From Octopus vulgaris (Eukaryota): a stretch of 64,000 nt of DNA. Under the pieces are notes generated by a model that did no database searches, was not told where the DNA came from, and saw only the letters and a program-made list of their open reading frames with translations. Below are positions 25,114-39,393 of the stretch, in pieces. Each line of letters begins with the position of its first letter. Within the stretch, counting starts at the first letter, position 1. Location of the stretch: contig OX597817.1 in the NCBI GenBank assembly GCA_951406725.2, positions 119,164,001 to 119,228,000 on the forward strand. Reading direction: 5' to 3'. The position numbers were made by a program, and so were the translations under genes.

Positions 25114-26616
25114 ATTTACATATATATATATATTTATTTATACATATATATACATACATAAATATACATACACAAACACACATATGTATATATAATCCAA
25201 TGACTTCAAAGTCACTGTCAATACTATTCTTGCTAAAGAATAATAAATGCATACTCTATAAAAGAATTGAATAATCCTTCATTTTAATGCAAAATTGTTT
25301 TTATTATAACTTTAAAAAAAAACATACTACAATATATATATATACATATATATGCATGTACAATTGAAATTGAAAGAACCACATTCTATATGCCCTGGGT
25401 GTGTTTCCTTGTCTGACATCATATGATAGTTGTAAATGTGTGTAACTGTCAAACAAGCAGTGTTTTTAATTTTCATTATTCTGTGAGAACATGTTTGGCC
25501 TTGGGGAAATATAACCCTGCTTGAAAATAGGTGAGGGTTACTCACAGTAAGAGCATCAGGCTGTAGAAAATTTGTCTCAAATAAACTCCATCTGACATAT
25601 GCAGGCATGGAAAAGTGGATGTGAAATGATGCTGATGCAAACCAAATACAAACATTATTCTCAACTCTCTTTCTCAACATGAAAGTTTGTATCATCTCAT
25701 CAGGCAGGTTTGAGCAGACTATGCCATGCTAATGAGATATAATAGATGCAGACATACCCATTGTTATCAATTGCCCCTTCCAGGCAAACACAGACTAAAC
25801 ATTCCTCTAAGCAGGTAAATTAATTTGAAAATATTAATTCTTAATTCTCTGAAATTATATCTTCTTTCCTTTGAAAGTAACTAACAATTATTGCTAGATT
25901 TTTTTTTTTTTTTGCTTTTCCAAACTAACAAGAAAATTTCAATTAATTAATTAACTTTTTTTTGCATACTGCATTATTTATTCTGGCCCATTTGAGTTCT
26001 TTGCATCAATCATTTTATTTTTTTATATATATAATGTATGCATGCATTTTTTTTTATATTGTTTATTTTGCACTGCAAAAATATAATTGTGCTCAATAGC
26101 TTTTTCTATCAGAACTGTGCAGAGTCTAATATATGTTTGTCATTTTAAGTTGAATAGGGTTACATATACCAACCAAAATTATAAGCAAACAGTTTGTCTG
26201 TGCTCATCAGTACATTGAAAAGTGTGTATTTATGTTCATCTACATGTATATATGTATGCAGGCACACAAACACACACAGAGGAAAATTCTTGAATCAAAA
26301 TCAAGGAGATCTGAAATCTGAAGAGTTAACTATGACTGTAGAGCATATGGAGTTTATACTTACTCCCTATCTTCATATCAAGCAAGGTTGTTTCCTTGAT
26401 GATACCAAGGCCCTGTCTTTTCACATACTTACTAACACCTTAATCTTTGTTAAGTTTGCCTCTAGGCCTCCCAATTCTAGATTTAGCTCCCATGTCTGGA
26501 ATATTTTTTCTAATTCCACAAAAGATTCAGCTACATGAACAAGAGATGTTCATAGTAAGCTGGTCTTAAATACTTCAGTGAAGGGATATATATATATGTA
26601 TATATGTATATATATA

Positions 26617-26651
<35 letters not shown>

Positions 26652-26654
26652 GTG

Positions 26655-26685
<31 letters not shown>

Positions 26686-26784
26686 GTGTATATATATATG
26701 TCTGTCGGTCTATATATATATGCATGTATATATATATGTCTGTTGGTCTATATATATATATATATACACACATACACATATATG

Positions 26785-27077
26785 TATTATTCTTTGCCAA
26801 ACTGCTAAGTTATGGCGACAAAAACATACCAACATCGGTTGTCAAGCGATGGTGGGGGTGGACAAATAGAAGCACACAAATACATACACACACACACACA
26901 CACAAACATATATACGACAGGCTACTTTCAGTTTCCGTCTAACAAATCCACTCACAAGGCTTTGGTTGGCCCAAGGCTATAGTAGAAGACAATTGTCCAA
27001 GGTGCCATGCAGTGGGACTGAACCCAGAACAATGTGATTGATAAGCAAGCTACTTAACACACAGCAACTCCTGCACC
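26785..27077 (-). mobile_element. tRNA-derived SINE family A, 3'-truncated
   Basis: Head and body match family A. Confidence 0.8.
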
Positions 27078-30000
27078 TATAGCTACCCTTGCGAAACTGA
27101 ATATTACCAATTGGTCGATTACTGATGAAGAATTACGGACCTTCTGTTTGCCCCCAGTTCAGTATACATTATGTCTTTTATTTACCATACTAAGTAATGG
27201 AATGCAACATACACAAAATTTGTATATATATATGTGTGTGTGTGAAATGAAATTATGTAATAAAAATCAAGGCTTGCTTAACTATAAAATATAATGAACC
27301 AATGTTGGAACCTTGCACTAATCAGTAAGACTGAACCAACAGGGAAATTACAAGACAACGAGGAAGTCTCAATATGGTTACTCGACCTAAATACAATCAG
27401 TATCCAAATTTCACTCCAATCACATAAAAACTAACCATCATAAAAATAGAGAACAAGCTGCATAACGGTGTCCTAGACACACTATTTCTGAATAAAAACA
27501 AGAAGGTCTCAACCAGAACCTCTTTGATCACAGGTCTGTTTGATCACGACTAACTTGAAGTTAAAAGACAACATCAACAATGTGATAGTGAAGAAATACA
27601 TTAAAAGAAACAAATAAAAAAAAAACAATAGTATAAATTTTATTATTCCACTGTTTGAATTATTTGCATTACTTTTTACCAATGGAGAACATTACTAGTT
27701 TCCTTGGATTTTACTGCTTTATTACATATTAAGAGAATCTTACACTCAAAACAACTAAAACAGTTTTATTTGTAAATGCCAACATAAAACTCTGTCGAAA
27801 AGGAGCCTGAACCAGATAATTCAAGAATGTAAATCTTTGACTGGAAAGAAAACCTACTGAATATTCATTACCTGCTTGTGAAGATCAGAACTTATCAGAC
27901 TATAGTGATACCACTAGTTAATTACAATTTTGCAGATTTGTTTTTAGTTTTGTAATATTATTATTTAATATAATTTTTTTTCCGTGTATTATTTTTTTTG
28001 TCGTTTGTGTTTCTTTCCTAAGAGACCAATAATCACAATATAATGTATTCCAATGAATAATAAAACAAATGAATATATTCCAATGAATAAGAAATTTCAG
28101 AAAAGAAATTCAAATAGAAAACTAAAACAAATTAGTGATTATATAAAGGTCAAAATTTATCTTTTCAATGTAAAATATATTGCAGAGATAAACAGAGATA
28201 GAGAGAGATGAAGAGCAAGGGTGAGGCAGAGAAAGAGAGGTAAAGAGGTTGAATGAGTGAGAAAAAGAAAGAGAGAAGGGTAAAAAAAAATTAGCCACCC
28301 ACTGAGAATAGCAACATTTGATAAGCTTCCTATTTACTATGCTTTTGTAGATTGATATATCACCAATCAGAATAGATAAAAGAATTTCTCTCAATGTAGA
28401 ATTTTCATGTTATTATCATATAAAAGAAAATTTACTGAAGAGCATTACAACAGATGAATTTTTAACTCCCATTACCCAGTACATTGGCATGCAATAAATA
28501 TATTTAAATACCTATTGTATTTTTTTAACATAACACTAATAGTGTTTATTAATTAAGAAATTCAGCTTTAGATATAATCAAAGCTTGAAAATTCTTCAGA
28601 TAACCTATCATGTATGAAATATAGCTCAGAATAGTTACAAGAAAAAAAGGTGTCTTGGGGGGGAAAAAAGGTAATTGAACACTGTTGGAGAGTGGTACAG
28701 AATTTCAACAACATTTGGTAAATAACATTCGGTAAAGGTAAGTTTTATGTTTCAGAGCAAAATGTAAGCATAACACCCTGGTAGTGGAGCAGACTTTGAA
28801 CATTCAGTATTTTTCGGCCTGGTAGGGACTTAGAACTTGTGACAACTTGACCATACAACAAGCTAAAGTGGACTAATTCGTTGTATATTTCTTGACTTGT
28901 GTGAATTACAATTGTTTAATGATTGTTTATACAGGAATAAAGTAGTAACAGCCCTAAGAAAATATATGGAGGTAAATTAAAGATAGATTTAGGTTTACCA
29001 ACTATACTCGTACTCTTAGCCATAAGTATATTTCTGATAAGAATTCTAAATATATTGATCTGAAATTATTTAAAAATGTATTTCTTTATATTTTTGTGAC
29101 ATTGCATGACACATAGATATGGGTTCATACTCTTTTTTAGTGATAATTAGATATACAAAATTGAGTTTGAGAGGCAACGAGGCTGCAAATAACATTGGGT
29201 GATATAACAAATACTACACACACACACATACAAACAAACAATCTGGACAATAACTGATGGAGATAGTATTTCAGAGAAAACAATTTATGTTTTGGTTTCA
29301 TAGAAATGAAAAGAGTTCATTTTAAATACTTGATTTAAAGCAAAACAAGGAGTAAGACACATTAACAGTACATCCCTGATAACATTTCTTAGCTCTCTAA
29401 ATTTCGAGTAAGTTTCTAGTACTTTAAGGATTTAAATTAAAGAGAGCTTCCATCAATCAATCAGCTACTTACCCCATTAAGGAATAATGCCCAGTAATTT
29501 ACACGTGTAAAGAGATAGTAAAAGAAATATCTCAAATGTGTAATTAGCAGCTCAATGAATGAGGTAATTAATGTTAAAACAGTTATTATGCTAATTGGTT
29601 ACACTCTGCATCAAACGTTGTAGTCGTGAACAAATCACTTCGATTTTCTTCCACAGATACACAACTGTTCCCTTTCTAATGAGTAGGGAATCATATATGT
29701 GTGATAGACATTTTAGAATTTTCAACTAAACCTACTGAACCTATTTGAAAATAATATCCATATTTACAAATTCGATGAGTGGATTATTGACTAAAACAAC
29801 AAATTTCTTACATTTGAATTCTAAACTGATGTATGCATAAGTGTGTGATAGAGTAACTTAATAGGAAAAGGGTATCATATGGATAATAGTAAAGATGATG
29901 CATGTCGAGTTATCTTAAAAAAAGAAAAAATCAGATGGAAGGAAGGAAGGAAGAAACTCACACAAAGAAACATACAGTAATGCACCGATTCTGTCTCTCT

Positions 30001-31885
30001 TCATGTCACAATCAATTACCATTGTTCTTAACCTAGATGCTAGGGACGATCACATTCAAATTATTCGTAAACAGATTTCTCATCCAAGAGGGGGCTTAGA
30101 TTTAGATAAATGTACATGATTATTCCCAGAGTTAAAATATGCTGGTTACATGAATACATTTGGAAAATATGTTTCCCTTTTTTCTTATCATATACAGTTA
30201 TTTTAATTTTCGGCTTGACAGATAGAAGCATAAAAGTCTCTTTGAAATGTTGTAATTGAAAAAAAATTGTCAAATGAAATAAAATACATTAGAATATTTT
30301 TCATTTTATTTATTTATTTTTGTTTTCTTCTAAGAAAATAAAGTATTTAGAAATGTTAATCCATGATTAGAGGGAACTTGAGTTGCACCTGCCATTTCTT
30401 AACTGATATAAAATTGCTGTTGGCGGCTTCTGCTAATACAGAAGGTGGAAATATTTTCTTCACACATCGTTATTATCACTTAACTTATACAAAATGTCAT
30501 CAGTTGGCAGTATCTCTGGTTACATAGAACTGTGATCTGTGATTCAAATCTGACAAGAGAACAATCTTTGTAGACTTTGTAGATGCTAAATCCTTGATTT
30601 TAATCAATGCTCTTTTCTAAACATTTTAGAGATGTGTGTGAGAAATAAGGGAAAAGGAGAAATGCAAAATTTAGCAGTATAGTCATGTTTGTATGAACAT
30701 GTGCGTATATACAATGTATTTGTATGTGCTTGTGTTAGCACATATCAGCAGAGATATGCAATAAATACATAGATTTACACAAGGATACAAAACTGCATGC
30801 TTTTTACACAAGCATGTACACATTTTCAAATTTCAAGTTCATTTCTGTTGGAACATTTTCAAGCAGGAATCTAATATTTCTGCCAGAGTACTGTCTGTGA
30901 ACTGAACTGCTTTTAATATATTTTGAGAACTTTTACATAATTCCCCACTTTCCTTGAAAGATAAACTAAATGCTCTTGAAAACAGCTGAACATTAAATCA
31001 TATCCTTACCATCCAAAATTCCAGTAGTTTGTTGACCAGGTTACATAGAAATGAGACATAAATCAATTTCTTATTATAAGTTTTCAATAAAGCCGATAAA
31101 ATATTTAAGAATTCACATATCCATGCAAGCACAGACACACACATATCTTAATGATATATAAGTAGGTAGATAAAAAAAAAAACCCAGGTTGTACTGAAAG
31201 CTCTTAGCCTCAACTTGATCAAAAAATGAAACAAAAACATTACAAATATTCAGTACAACCTAGTATTTAGATTGTAGGAACTATTGATATTGGTAACTTG
31301 GAATGTTTTCTAATATTGATAAAATAAATATAAACTAGTTATGTTTTATGTATTTTTTTTTTCATAAACTTTTAGTTGAGCCAGCTCATTGTGGTTCTGG
31401 TTATACTGAAACCTGATATTGCAATTCTTTTTTTAATTTTATTTGATAAACATAAATATATTGCAGTGAAGGCTACTTTTTTCTCTCTCTTTTTTTTTTT
31501 TTTCTGGAAAGAAAAAGGAGTATAATTGATACATTCAACTTCAGTATATAGAAAAGGTGTTTACTATATTGATCCTGATGGAATGAAAATCAATCTGGAT
31601 AGAATTTGAATGTAAAACCGATAAAAGGTAGAATGCATCCCTTCCTCAATTCTAATGCAATTTATATGTATTTCACCATGTTCAATATTTTGAACATAAG
31701 GACTATCAAAATAGGATAAAGAATTAGATTTTCACTTTATATAATATACATATCAACATTGTTTTTAATCACTCTTAGGCTGATAAAAAAAATAAATACC
31801 AGTAATTTACCATCAACAAGTTTAACTTGGTTCTAGCTGCTCTTTCATAAGACTAAAACCAACAAAAATGCATTGAATAATAACG

Positions 31886-31918
<33 letters not shown>

Positions 31919-31944
31919 TTAATAATAATAATAATAATAATAAT

Positions 31945-32160
31945 AGCCAAGATATAGACAAATGGTTGAAGGAGATTGAAATAGAATGTCCAGTAGATCT
32001 CCTCCAGAAAGTTTGTCTCTTAGGGACAGCAAGGATTATCAGGAGGGTTCTAAGCACTTGAAAGATTGCTGAGAACTTGTGGATACCTAAGGTTATGGGT
32101 ACTAACCCGCTATCCACATAATTCCTACCAGGAATAAGACTGAACCTGCGCCAAACCAAA
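31945..32160 (+). mobile_element. Extreme 3' end of a second R4/Dong family
   Basis: IDKWLKEIEIECPVDLLQKVCLLGTARIIRRVLST-stop plus 3' UTR; (TAA)n on both sides. Confidence 0.8.
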
Positions 32161-32399
32161 ATAATAATAATGATGATGATGATGATGATGATAATAATTC
32201 TTTCTACTGCAGGAAAAAAGGCTAAAATTACGGGGGAAGGGGGGCTAGTTAATTATATTGACCCCGGTACTTGACTTGTATATATCTTATTGACCCTGAA
32301 ATGACGGAAGGCAATAGTGACCTAGGCAGAATTTGAACACTGAACCTAAGCTCAGAAGAAATGGTACAAAGCATTATATTCAGTGAAATAATAATAATA

Positions 32400-33125
32400 T
32401 TAAAAAGAAAAGCACATGAATAATTGGTTGGAAAGTGGGAGCAGCAACTTCTGCATCGCAAATATTTAGCCGACAGCAAACAAGCTGATTTTGACAGAAG
32501 TACACCTATCAGTGGGTACAATGCTCAGGGATAATGACAGAGAGTAAAGGTTTCATCTTAGCTGCTCATGGAACATGATGGTTCTGCAATGATGAAATTG
32601 AAACAGTGAACCACTTAATATATGGATGTAAAGTTTTAGCACCAGTAGAGTATAACTTAAGATATGAGAGAGTTGGCCAATATCTATGCTGGCTATTATG
32701 CTGGCATTATAAAATTAAAACTGTTGACAAGGAATATAAGCATCATCCTGAGGCTGTAACCAAGAGAGAAAATGTATTGACTCTTTGGTTCTTCCTAGTA
32801 AATAGAAACAGAGCTATAAAAGCTAATAAACTGGATATTCTTATAAAAGACCAAAATAATAAAGTCTGTTTATAAATTAACACGAATACCCCTTGTGATC
32901 ATAATATTTCGGCAAAAGAATTTGACGAGCTCAGAAAATATAAAGATATGCTCATTGAAATCGAAAAAATGGGACATCTCAAGGCAATTACAATACCAGT
33001 GGTGGCAAGAGCAAAGAGAAACTGATTTGAGAAATGACACCAGGTTTACGATGTTAGCAAGAAGAGCAAAAGATTGTTTTAACTGGTATGTATCAAGTAT
33101 TGAGAAGAACATTGTGACTGTAGGA
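32400..33125 (+). mobile_element. 5'-truncated R4/Dong LINE, same family as 22602
   Basis: HLIYGCKVLAPVEYNLRYERVGQYLCW...KHHPEAV...KANKLDILIKDQNNKVCL. Confidence 0.82.
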
Positions 33126-33231
33126 AAAATTAACTTTTACGTAAATAATTTTTTTGTAGACATAACTGTATTTGATTTTGTAAATGAAAACTCTGGCGAA
33201 TTTATTTTAATGGCCTATCAATGTATGCAAT

Positions 33232-35710
33232 GAATTTCTTTACCATAGCCAATAGGAAGGCACTCAGGAAAGTTAGCAATAGTAGACCTATGACATATTT
33301 ACCATTACTCTGGAACTTATCAAATGGCCTCATAGCAGATGGGTTACACAACTTCCTGGAAAATGAGAACTTATTGCCAGATGAGTAGGAAGGATGCGGA
33401 AAGAACTCAAGAGGAACTGCTGATCTGCTGTTCATTGATAGTTGGATATTAAATGAGGCACAAGTAAGAAAGAATAATTTAGCTGTTGACTGGATAGATT
33501 ATAAGAAAGCTTGCAACAATGGTCTACACTGGTAACTCATGGAGTGCCTGAGGATGAAGATAAACAGCTTTTTGGAAAAGCAATGAGAGCATGGGAAGTA
33601 GAAATGACATGTGCAAATGAATAGCTGGGAGACATGAAAATGTGTAGAGGAATTTTCCAGGGAAACTCACTCCCTCCATTACTCTTTGTTATTGTATTAA
33701 TCCCTCTGACAAATATACTGAGAAAATCTAAGTCTGTCTATGAGCTTACCAAAACCAAAGTGAAAATAAATCATCTGCTTTAAATAGATGACCTCAAGCT
33801 ATATACAAAAAAAGAAAAAAAAATACATGGACTCTCTGATCTGAACAGTAAGCATTCACCATGGATATTGGAATGCACTTTGGTGTAAATAAGTGTGCAG
33901 TGCTAATTATGAAGAGAGGTTGGAAGATTAAATCTGATGTTATAAAATTACCACAATATCATTATATCACTGTGGAATAATGAGGGATACAAGTACCTGG
34001 GGATACTGCAAGATGATAGGATAAAGGAAGGAGAAATGAGTGAGAAAATCTCTAAAGATCACAAGATGAGAATTAAGAAGGCACTCAAAACAAAATTAAA
34101 TGGGCAGAATATCATTGGAACAATAAATACGTAGGCTATGTCATTATTATGATACTCTGCCCCCTTTCAAAAATGGACAACGGTCAAGCTACAAAACTTG
34201 GATGGAAGAGCTAGGAAGCCACTCACAATGCACACCACCCTGAGAGTAATATTGATATACTCTTCCTACCAAGAAAGGAAGGAGGCAGAGGATTACTAAA
34301 TGCAGAAGACACTGGTACCACAATATTGGGGTTAAAAGATTATGCTGCATGGAGTGAAGAAAGACTACAGTCAGCAGCAAAAGATGCCTAAAGACTTACT
34401 GAAACTGTAGGATAATTAAAGAAGAGAAGGAACAGAGAAAGCAGATGGAAAAAAATAGAATTACACAGTCAATTCATGCAACAAGCCAAGAATATTGGAA
34501 GTACAGAAAGCTGGTTCTGGCTCTAGCTGACAGATGAAAACCTGAAACGAGAGATTGAAGTCTTAATTATAGCCATTCAGATACAAGCTATTAGGATGAA
34601 TGTGATGAAGGCAAATTTTGACCAAACTCAGACTGTAAATGTAGAATCTGCTGGAAAGGAAATGAAAGTGTCAATCATTTCTTGAGTGAGTGCAGTATGC
34701 TAGCACAAAATGAGTATGAGCACCAACATGACTGTGTAGGCAGAAGAGTGCATTGGGATGCTAACCAAGTTATGGCTTTGAAATAACAGGTAAGTGGCAG
34801 GCTGTGACAGAGAATGAGAAGTACAGGATCTCATGAGACTTCCCCATAAAAACTAACCACATTGGTGTGTGGTAAGTAGCTTGCTTACCAACCACATGGT
34901 TCCGGGTTCAGTTCCACTACATGGTACCTTGGGCAAGTGTCTTCTACTATAGCCTCGGGTTGACCAAAGAAAGCCTTGTGAATGGATTTGGAAGACAGAA
35001 ACTGAAAGAAGCCCATTGTGTATATATATATATATACATATATATATATACATGTATGCATGTATATATGTTTGTGTGTGTATGTTTGTCCCCACAACCC
35101 CAACATCACTTACTAATCTGGTGTGTTTACATGCCTGTAACTTAGGGGTTCGGCAAAAGAGACCGATAGAATAAGTACTAGGCTTACAAAGAATAAGTCC
35201 TGGGGTAGATTTGTTTGACTAAACGGGGGTGCTCCAGTATGACTGCAGTCAAATGACTGAAATAAGTAAAAGAAAAAAAAGAATAAAAGAATAGTATGGA
35301 AGCAAGAAGACCAGATATGAATGCAGAAGGTAGAATACACAGAGTAAGATCCGTAGATTTTTCAAACCCTATGAAGTCTGAATGTCTTCATGGTGATGAT
35401 TCTAATGATGATGATAATGAGGACTGCTCACATCGTAGAATAAAGATTAGAAGTATGAAAATCAAAGTGTTGATGAAACTCGAGAGCTATCAAATGTAAC
35501 TGAACTGAAAGCAAAATGCATGGGGTGTGAAAATGAATGAAAATTAGAATGTACTTTTGTGATATAACTGAAAGTCTTATAGAGAGAGTTAATGCATGAA
35601 ATTAAGACTCAACAGGAGAAGTTAATCATTAATGTTATATGGAGAGTGAATCTTGACAATTATTACAAAATGGGAACTCGCTGTATGCTACTTAGAAGTT
35701 GGGACTATGA
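33232..35710 (+). mobile_element. R4/Dong LINE fossil covering RT through endonuclease, interrupted by a SINE
   Basis: RT motifs WIDYKKA, RGIFQGNSLPPLLF, INHLL.IDDLKLY, GYKYLGILQ; then AIQIQAIR, HFLSECSMLAQNEY..QHDCVG, and RRPD after the SINE. Multiple stops and frameshifts. Confidence 0.85.
34864..35275 (+). mobile_element. tRNA-derived SINE family A inserted in an R4/Dong LINE
   Basis: Family A match; LINE homology lies on both sides. Confidence 0.82.
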
Positions 35711-37068
35711 ATATCTAACTACCAAAATGATACAAAGAACTTGGGTTATATAATAGCAGGACAATGATAAAAATTTTAAAAGCATATTGTTCTCTTACAA
35801 AATAAAAAACAATTTTTGAATAATTGAATCATACACAATAGATTATTTGCATATTCTATTAAACCCAGAAGTATAAAAGGCAAACAGACACAGAGTTGAG
35901 AACAGCAAAGCATTTTAGTACAGAAATTTACATCAGCAGCTATCTTCACTATTTCGTAGTGAGATATATCTAATAAATATATGTGGGTCAAAACACATAA
36001 CTAGACATTACAAAAGAGATTTATTGCAAGAACTTATGAATTTTCTTGCCATCAGAGCCACAAAAATAATAACCAAACAGAATTTATTTCCGATAAGAAA
36101 AGTTTGTCAAATATCTCTTAAATCATCAAGCTGGTTGAGCCATTGTTCCTCAAGCATTTCCAATTAAATCTAGATTAAGTCTTGATGTATAATTAGCAAT
36201 CAATCGTCAAATGAATATCCAAATTTCCATTACTTAATTCCATTCTTAGTGTTTGCAGAATTCTCTTCTCTCTTTGTGTTATCAGATGTTTTGTGGCTGC
36301 TGCTGCTATTCCAGCAGGTTCTTATGAGATTAATTTCGAAGTTGAGTTATAGCAAGGAGAACTTCGTGAAGACATTCAGACTTCTCAGCTTCTATCCTTT
36401 TAGTACATTGGTAAGTAGTCACACAAATGACTCGGCAAATAAATGTGATGCAAAGGTTGATGCTGCAAAATCTTATCATTTCTCTTGCAGACACTTGACA
36501 GATGAGAAAATGTTCTTAAAAATAAATTAAGCTCAATAAAGTGAACACTTTTCAAAAAACAAATAATAATCGATTTATTTTATTTTATTTTATTTTACTT
36601 TTAAGGAAAGAGAATTGGTATTAACTATTTATTTACTCTTCTAATGCTTTGGGGAGAAAAGCATGAATACTAAAATACACCATTTTCCGTTACGATTCAG
36701 ATTTTTCATGTCTACTTAAGAACAAAATTGTTGATTTCTTAAAGAAATTTATGGAGTGAAGTAGAGTAGCAAAGAAAGCAGAGTGAAAACAGGAATAGTT
36801 TGAACACAGAACACTGGATGACGAATAAATTAGTGCACAAATTAATTATACTGTCATTACTTAGGAAATTATTAGTCAGTTGTTCATTAATACTCATTTT
36901 GAAAGATTCAATCTCAACACCAAACAGTTAATCACTATCTAGACAGTCTTACTTAGCTAATTTACTGTCAGGTAAATGTTGCAGCAGAGGACCAATATTG
37001 CACTGAATCCCTGCATGGCTCTGCTTGCTACATTCAAAGCATATATATATATATATACATATATACTC

Positions 37069-37226
37069 TTGTGTCTGGGGAGAGTCATTCTCTTTTAGTA
37101 CCTTATTATTTAACACACTCACCGGTAAAATTTCCACTTATTTCGTCTTTTTATTTTCCTAAAATTTTACCAGTGAGTGTGTTAAATAATAAGGTACTAA
37201 AAGAGAATGACTCTCCCCAGACACAA
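37069..37226. repeat. Inverted repeat, 65 bp arms with one mismatch, 28 bp spacer
   Basis: 37069-37133 versus 37162-37226. Confidence 0.95.
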
Positions 37227-37286
37227 CAGAATATACTTCAACACACGAACTCATATAAAGAATCTTGCAAAACAAATCCAAAAACG

Positions 37287-37352
<66 letters not shown>

Positions 37353-37404
37353 AAATAGCTAGTTAGAAAATCTCAAGGAGAGATAGCGTAGTAACACACA
37401 CTAA

Positions 37405-37578
37405 ACAGTAAAGCAAGTAGCCACATCAAAGTGGCAAATGAATGTTACTACTAGTTTAACCCCAGGTGGATTCTCTGCCAGCTGGTTTTCTGTGCAAGTT
37501 CCTCACCCCTGCTAGCGATATATTGTATATAAATGGTGCATTCATCTGCCACTTTGATGTGGCTACTTGCTTTACTGT
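37405..37578. repeat. Inverted repeat, 40 bp arms with one mismatch, 94 bp spacer
   Basis: 37405-37444 versus 37539-37578. Confidence 0.95.
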
Positions 37579-39204
37579 ATATATATATGCATGTATGTAT
37601 ATACACACACATACGTGTGTGTGGTATAAACTGAAAATGCTGTCATCATCATTATTGTCTTGGTTGATAGACATCATCATTCCAATGCATTTTTCATAAA
37701 TTTTAGATATTCGACAAAACAATAATAAAGATTCTTAGTAGTCTTATAATGAGCAATCATTCTTGAGAAGAGGGAACTTAAACTATGAAGATAATTGTTC
37801 TTCCCAGTTTTTTCACAAGTTCATGGATGAACCATGTAGAATATATCTATATTTTTTTTATGACTTAAAGGATGTAGGGCAGTGTGATAGCTATCTTTGC
37901 AAGTTCTCCATGACTGGTAAAACAAGAGGGGATATTATCCTCAGACTGGAAGCTTACCCTATCAAAATGCTGGCAATAAAGTGGACACCACTAAAGGACA
38001 CCCAAGGGAAAAGTGGTGGTGTTAAATCTAGTGACAGATTAAATCTGTTGCCTGGTTTAACCTAGCACTGAGTTCCCCACAATTTCTATCAACTAAATGT
38101 CACTTACAAGACTGTCAACCTGCAGCTTGCATGGAATAAAAAAGCCCAAAGTGGTATACAATGGATCGGTTACTTATTTTGCAAGTATTCTTTACTTTTA
38201 TTCTTTACTTAAAGGAAAAGCAAGTTGGTTTAGTGGGTAGAGCTGGACTGTATCATTTGTAGTAACTACTATCATAGCTCTGACTCAAATCATGCTGAAG
38301 ATGATAATATATGTTATCATATATTACATAACATATATATTGTATTCTACTGAATGACATTAAGTTCTCACTAAGTTAAGCTAGTAGAATAAGTTTGCAA
38401 TTTGATATTGATTTCCTGAAGTAGCTATTGCTTTTCACTTATCTTGCTTTTCTATTAAAAAACAAAAATATCATGGAACCCCACTCCAGTTCCATTCTCT
38501 CATCAGTTCCATCGAGTTAATCACCCATTGATAGAGGTTAGTATGAATAGGGAATCAGGGAAATCAGACATTTAGTGTTTTACTATTTATTTTGTTTATA
38601 TATAAAAGGAATATTAAAAAAGTATGCAATGTACTGAGGTTGAACAAATCAACATATTTCTTTCCCTATGGAGAAATTATTACTATTTTTATCAGTTTAT
38701 TATTAGGTTGCCAGAGGTAAATAAAAATGTATGGTACCCCTTCAGAAAAATAAAAAAAATTAAACAAAACAAAACAACAAGCAAACATTTATGTTGAGAT
38801 CTATTGAGTAATGTTGAAATCTAGAACTGAGATTAAATAATTTTAATGTAATTAATCTAGATGAAATGCTTAATAATCAGAACTATCAGTAGGAGTTCAT
38901 TGCAACATCAATGCTGAAATATGAACATTATGATAATTTACCCATTGAAACAAGAATGACTTATCATTGCATAATATATTTTACTTTTGGAGAAAATATA
39001 TGTAACTTTTTTTCTTTTTTGTAGATGCAGAATTTCACCAAATAACATATTCCATTAGAGTATTTCCATAAGAGTTAACTGAACCTTTCAGCATATAAGT
39101 ACTTGAGGGATTAATCAAATTTATGACAAACTGGTTCAGTAGTTATCACATTATATTTGAGTAACATTTGAAGCAAAAGACCGACAGAAGTAAGCTATAG
39201 ATTA

Positions 39205-39393
39205 TTGGTATCAGAAGAGGGGCTAAGTCAATTAAATTGATACCAGTGCTCAACTGGTACTTATCTTACTGACCCTAAAAGGATGAAGGGTAAAGTTGAC
39301 CCCAACAACATTTGAACCCAAAACGTAAAGATGGACAAAATACCAGTAAGTACTTTGCCCAGCATGCAAGCGATTTTACTAGGTCACCACCTT
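39205..39393 (-). mobile_element. SINE family B
   Basis: caactggtacttatcttactgaccctaaaaggatgaagggtaaagttgacc core. Confidence 0.7.

Noticed and set aside
27090-27150. GAAAC...GTC...CTGATGA hammerhead-like words
   Set aside because: Stems I and II cannot be formed.
38291-38330. CTGAAGA followed by a TGATAA/TTATCA stem
   Set aside because: GAAA absent (three mismatches) in very AT-rich sequence.
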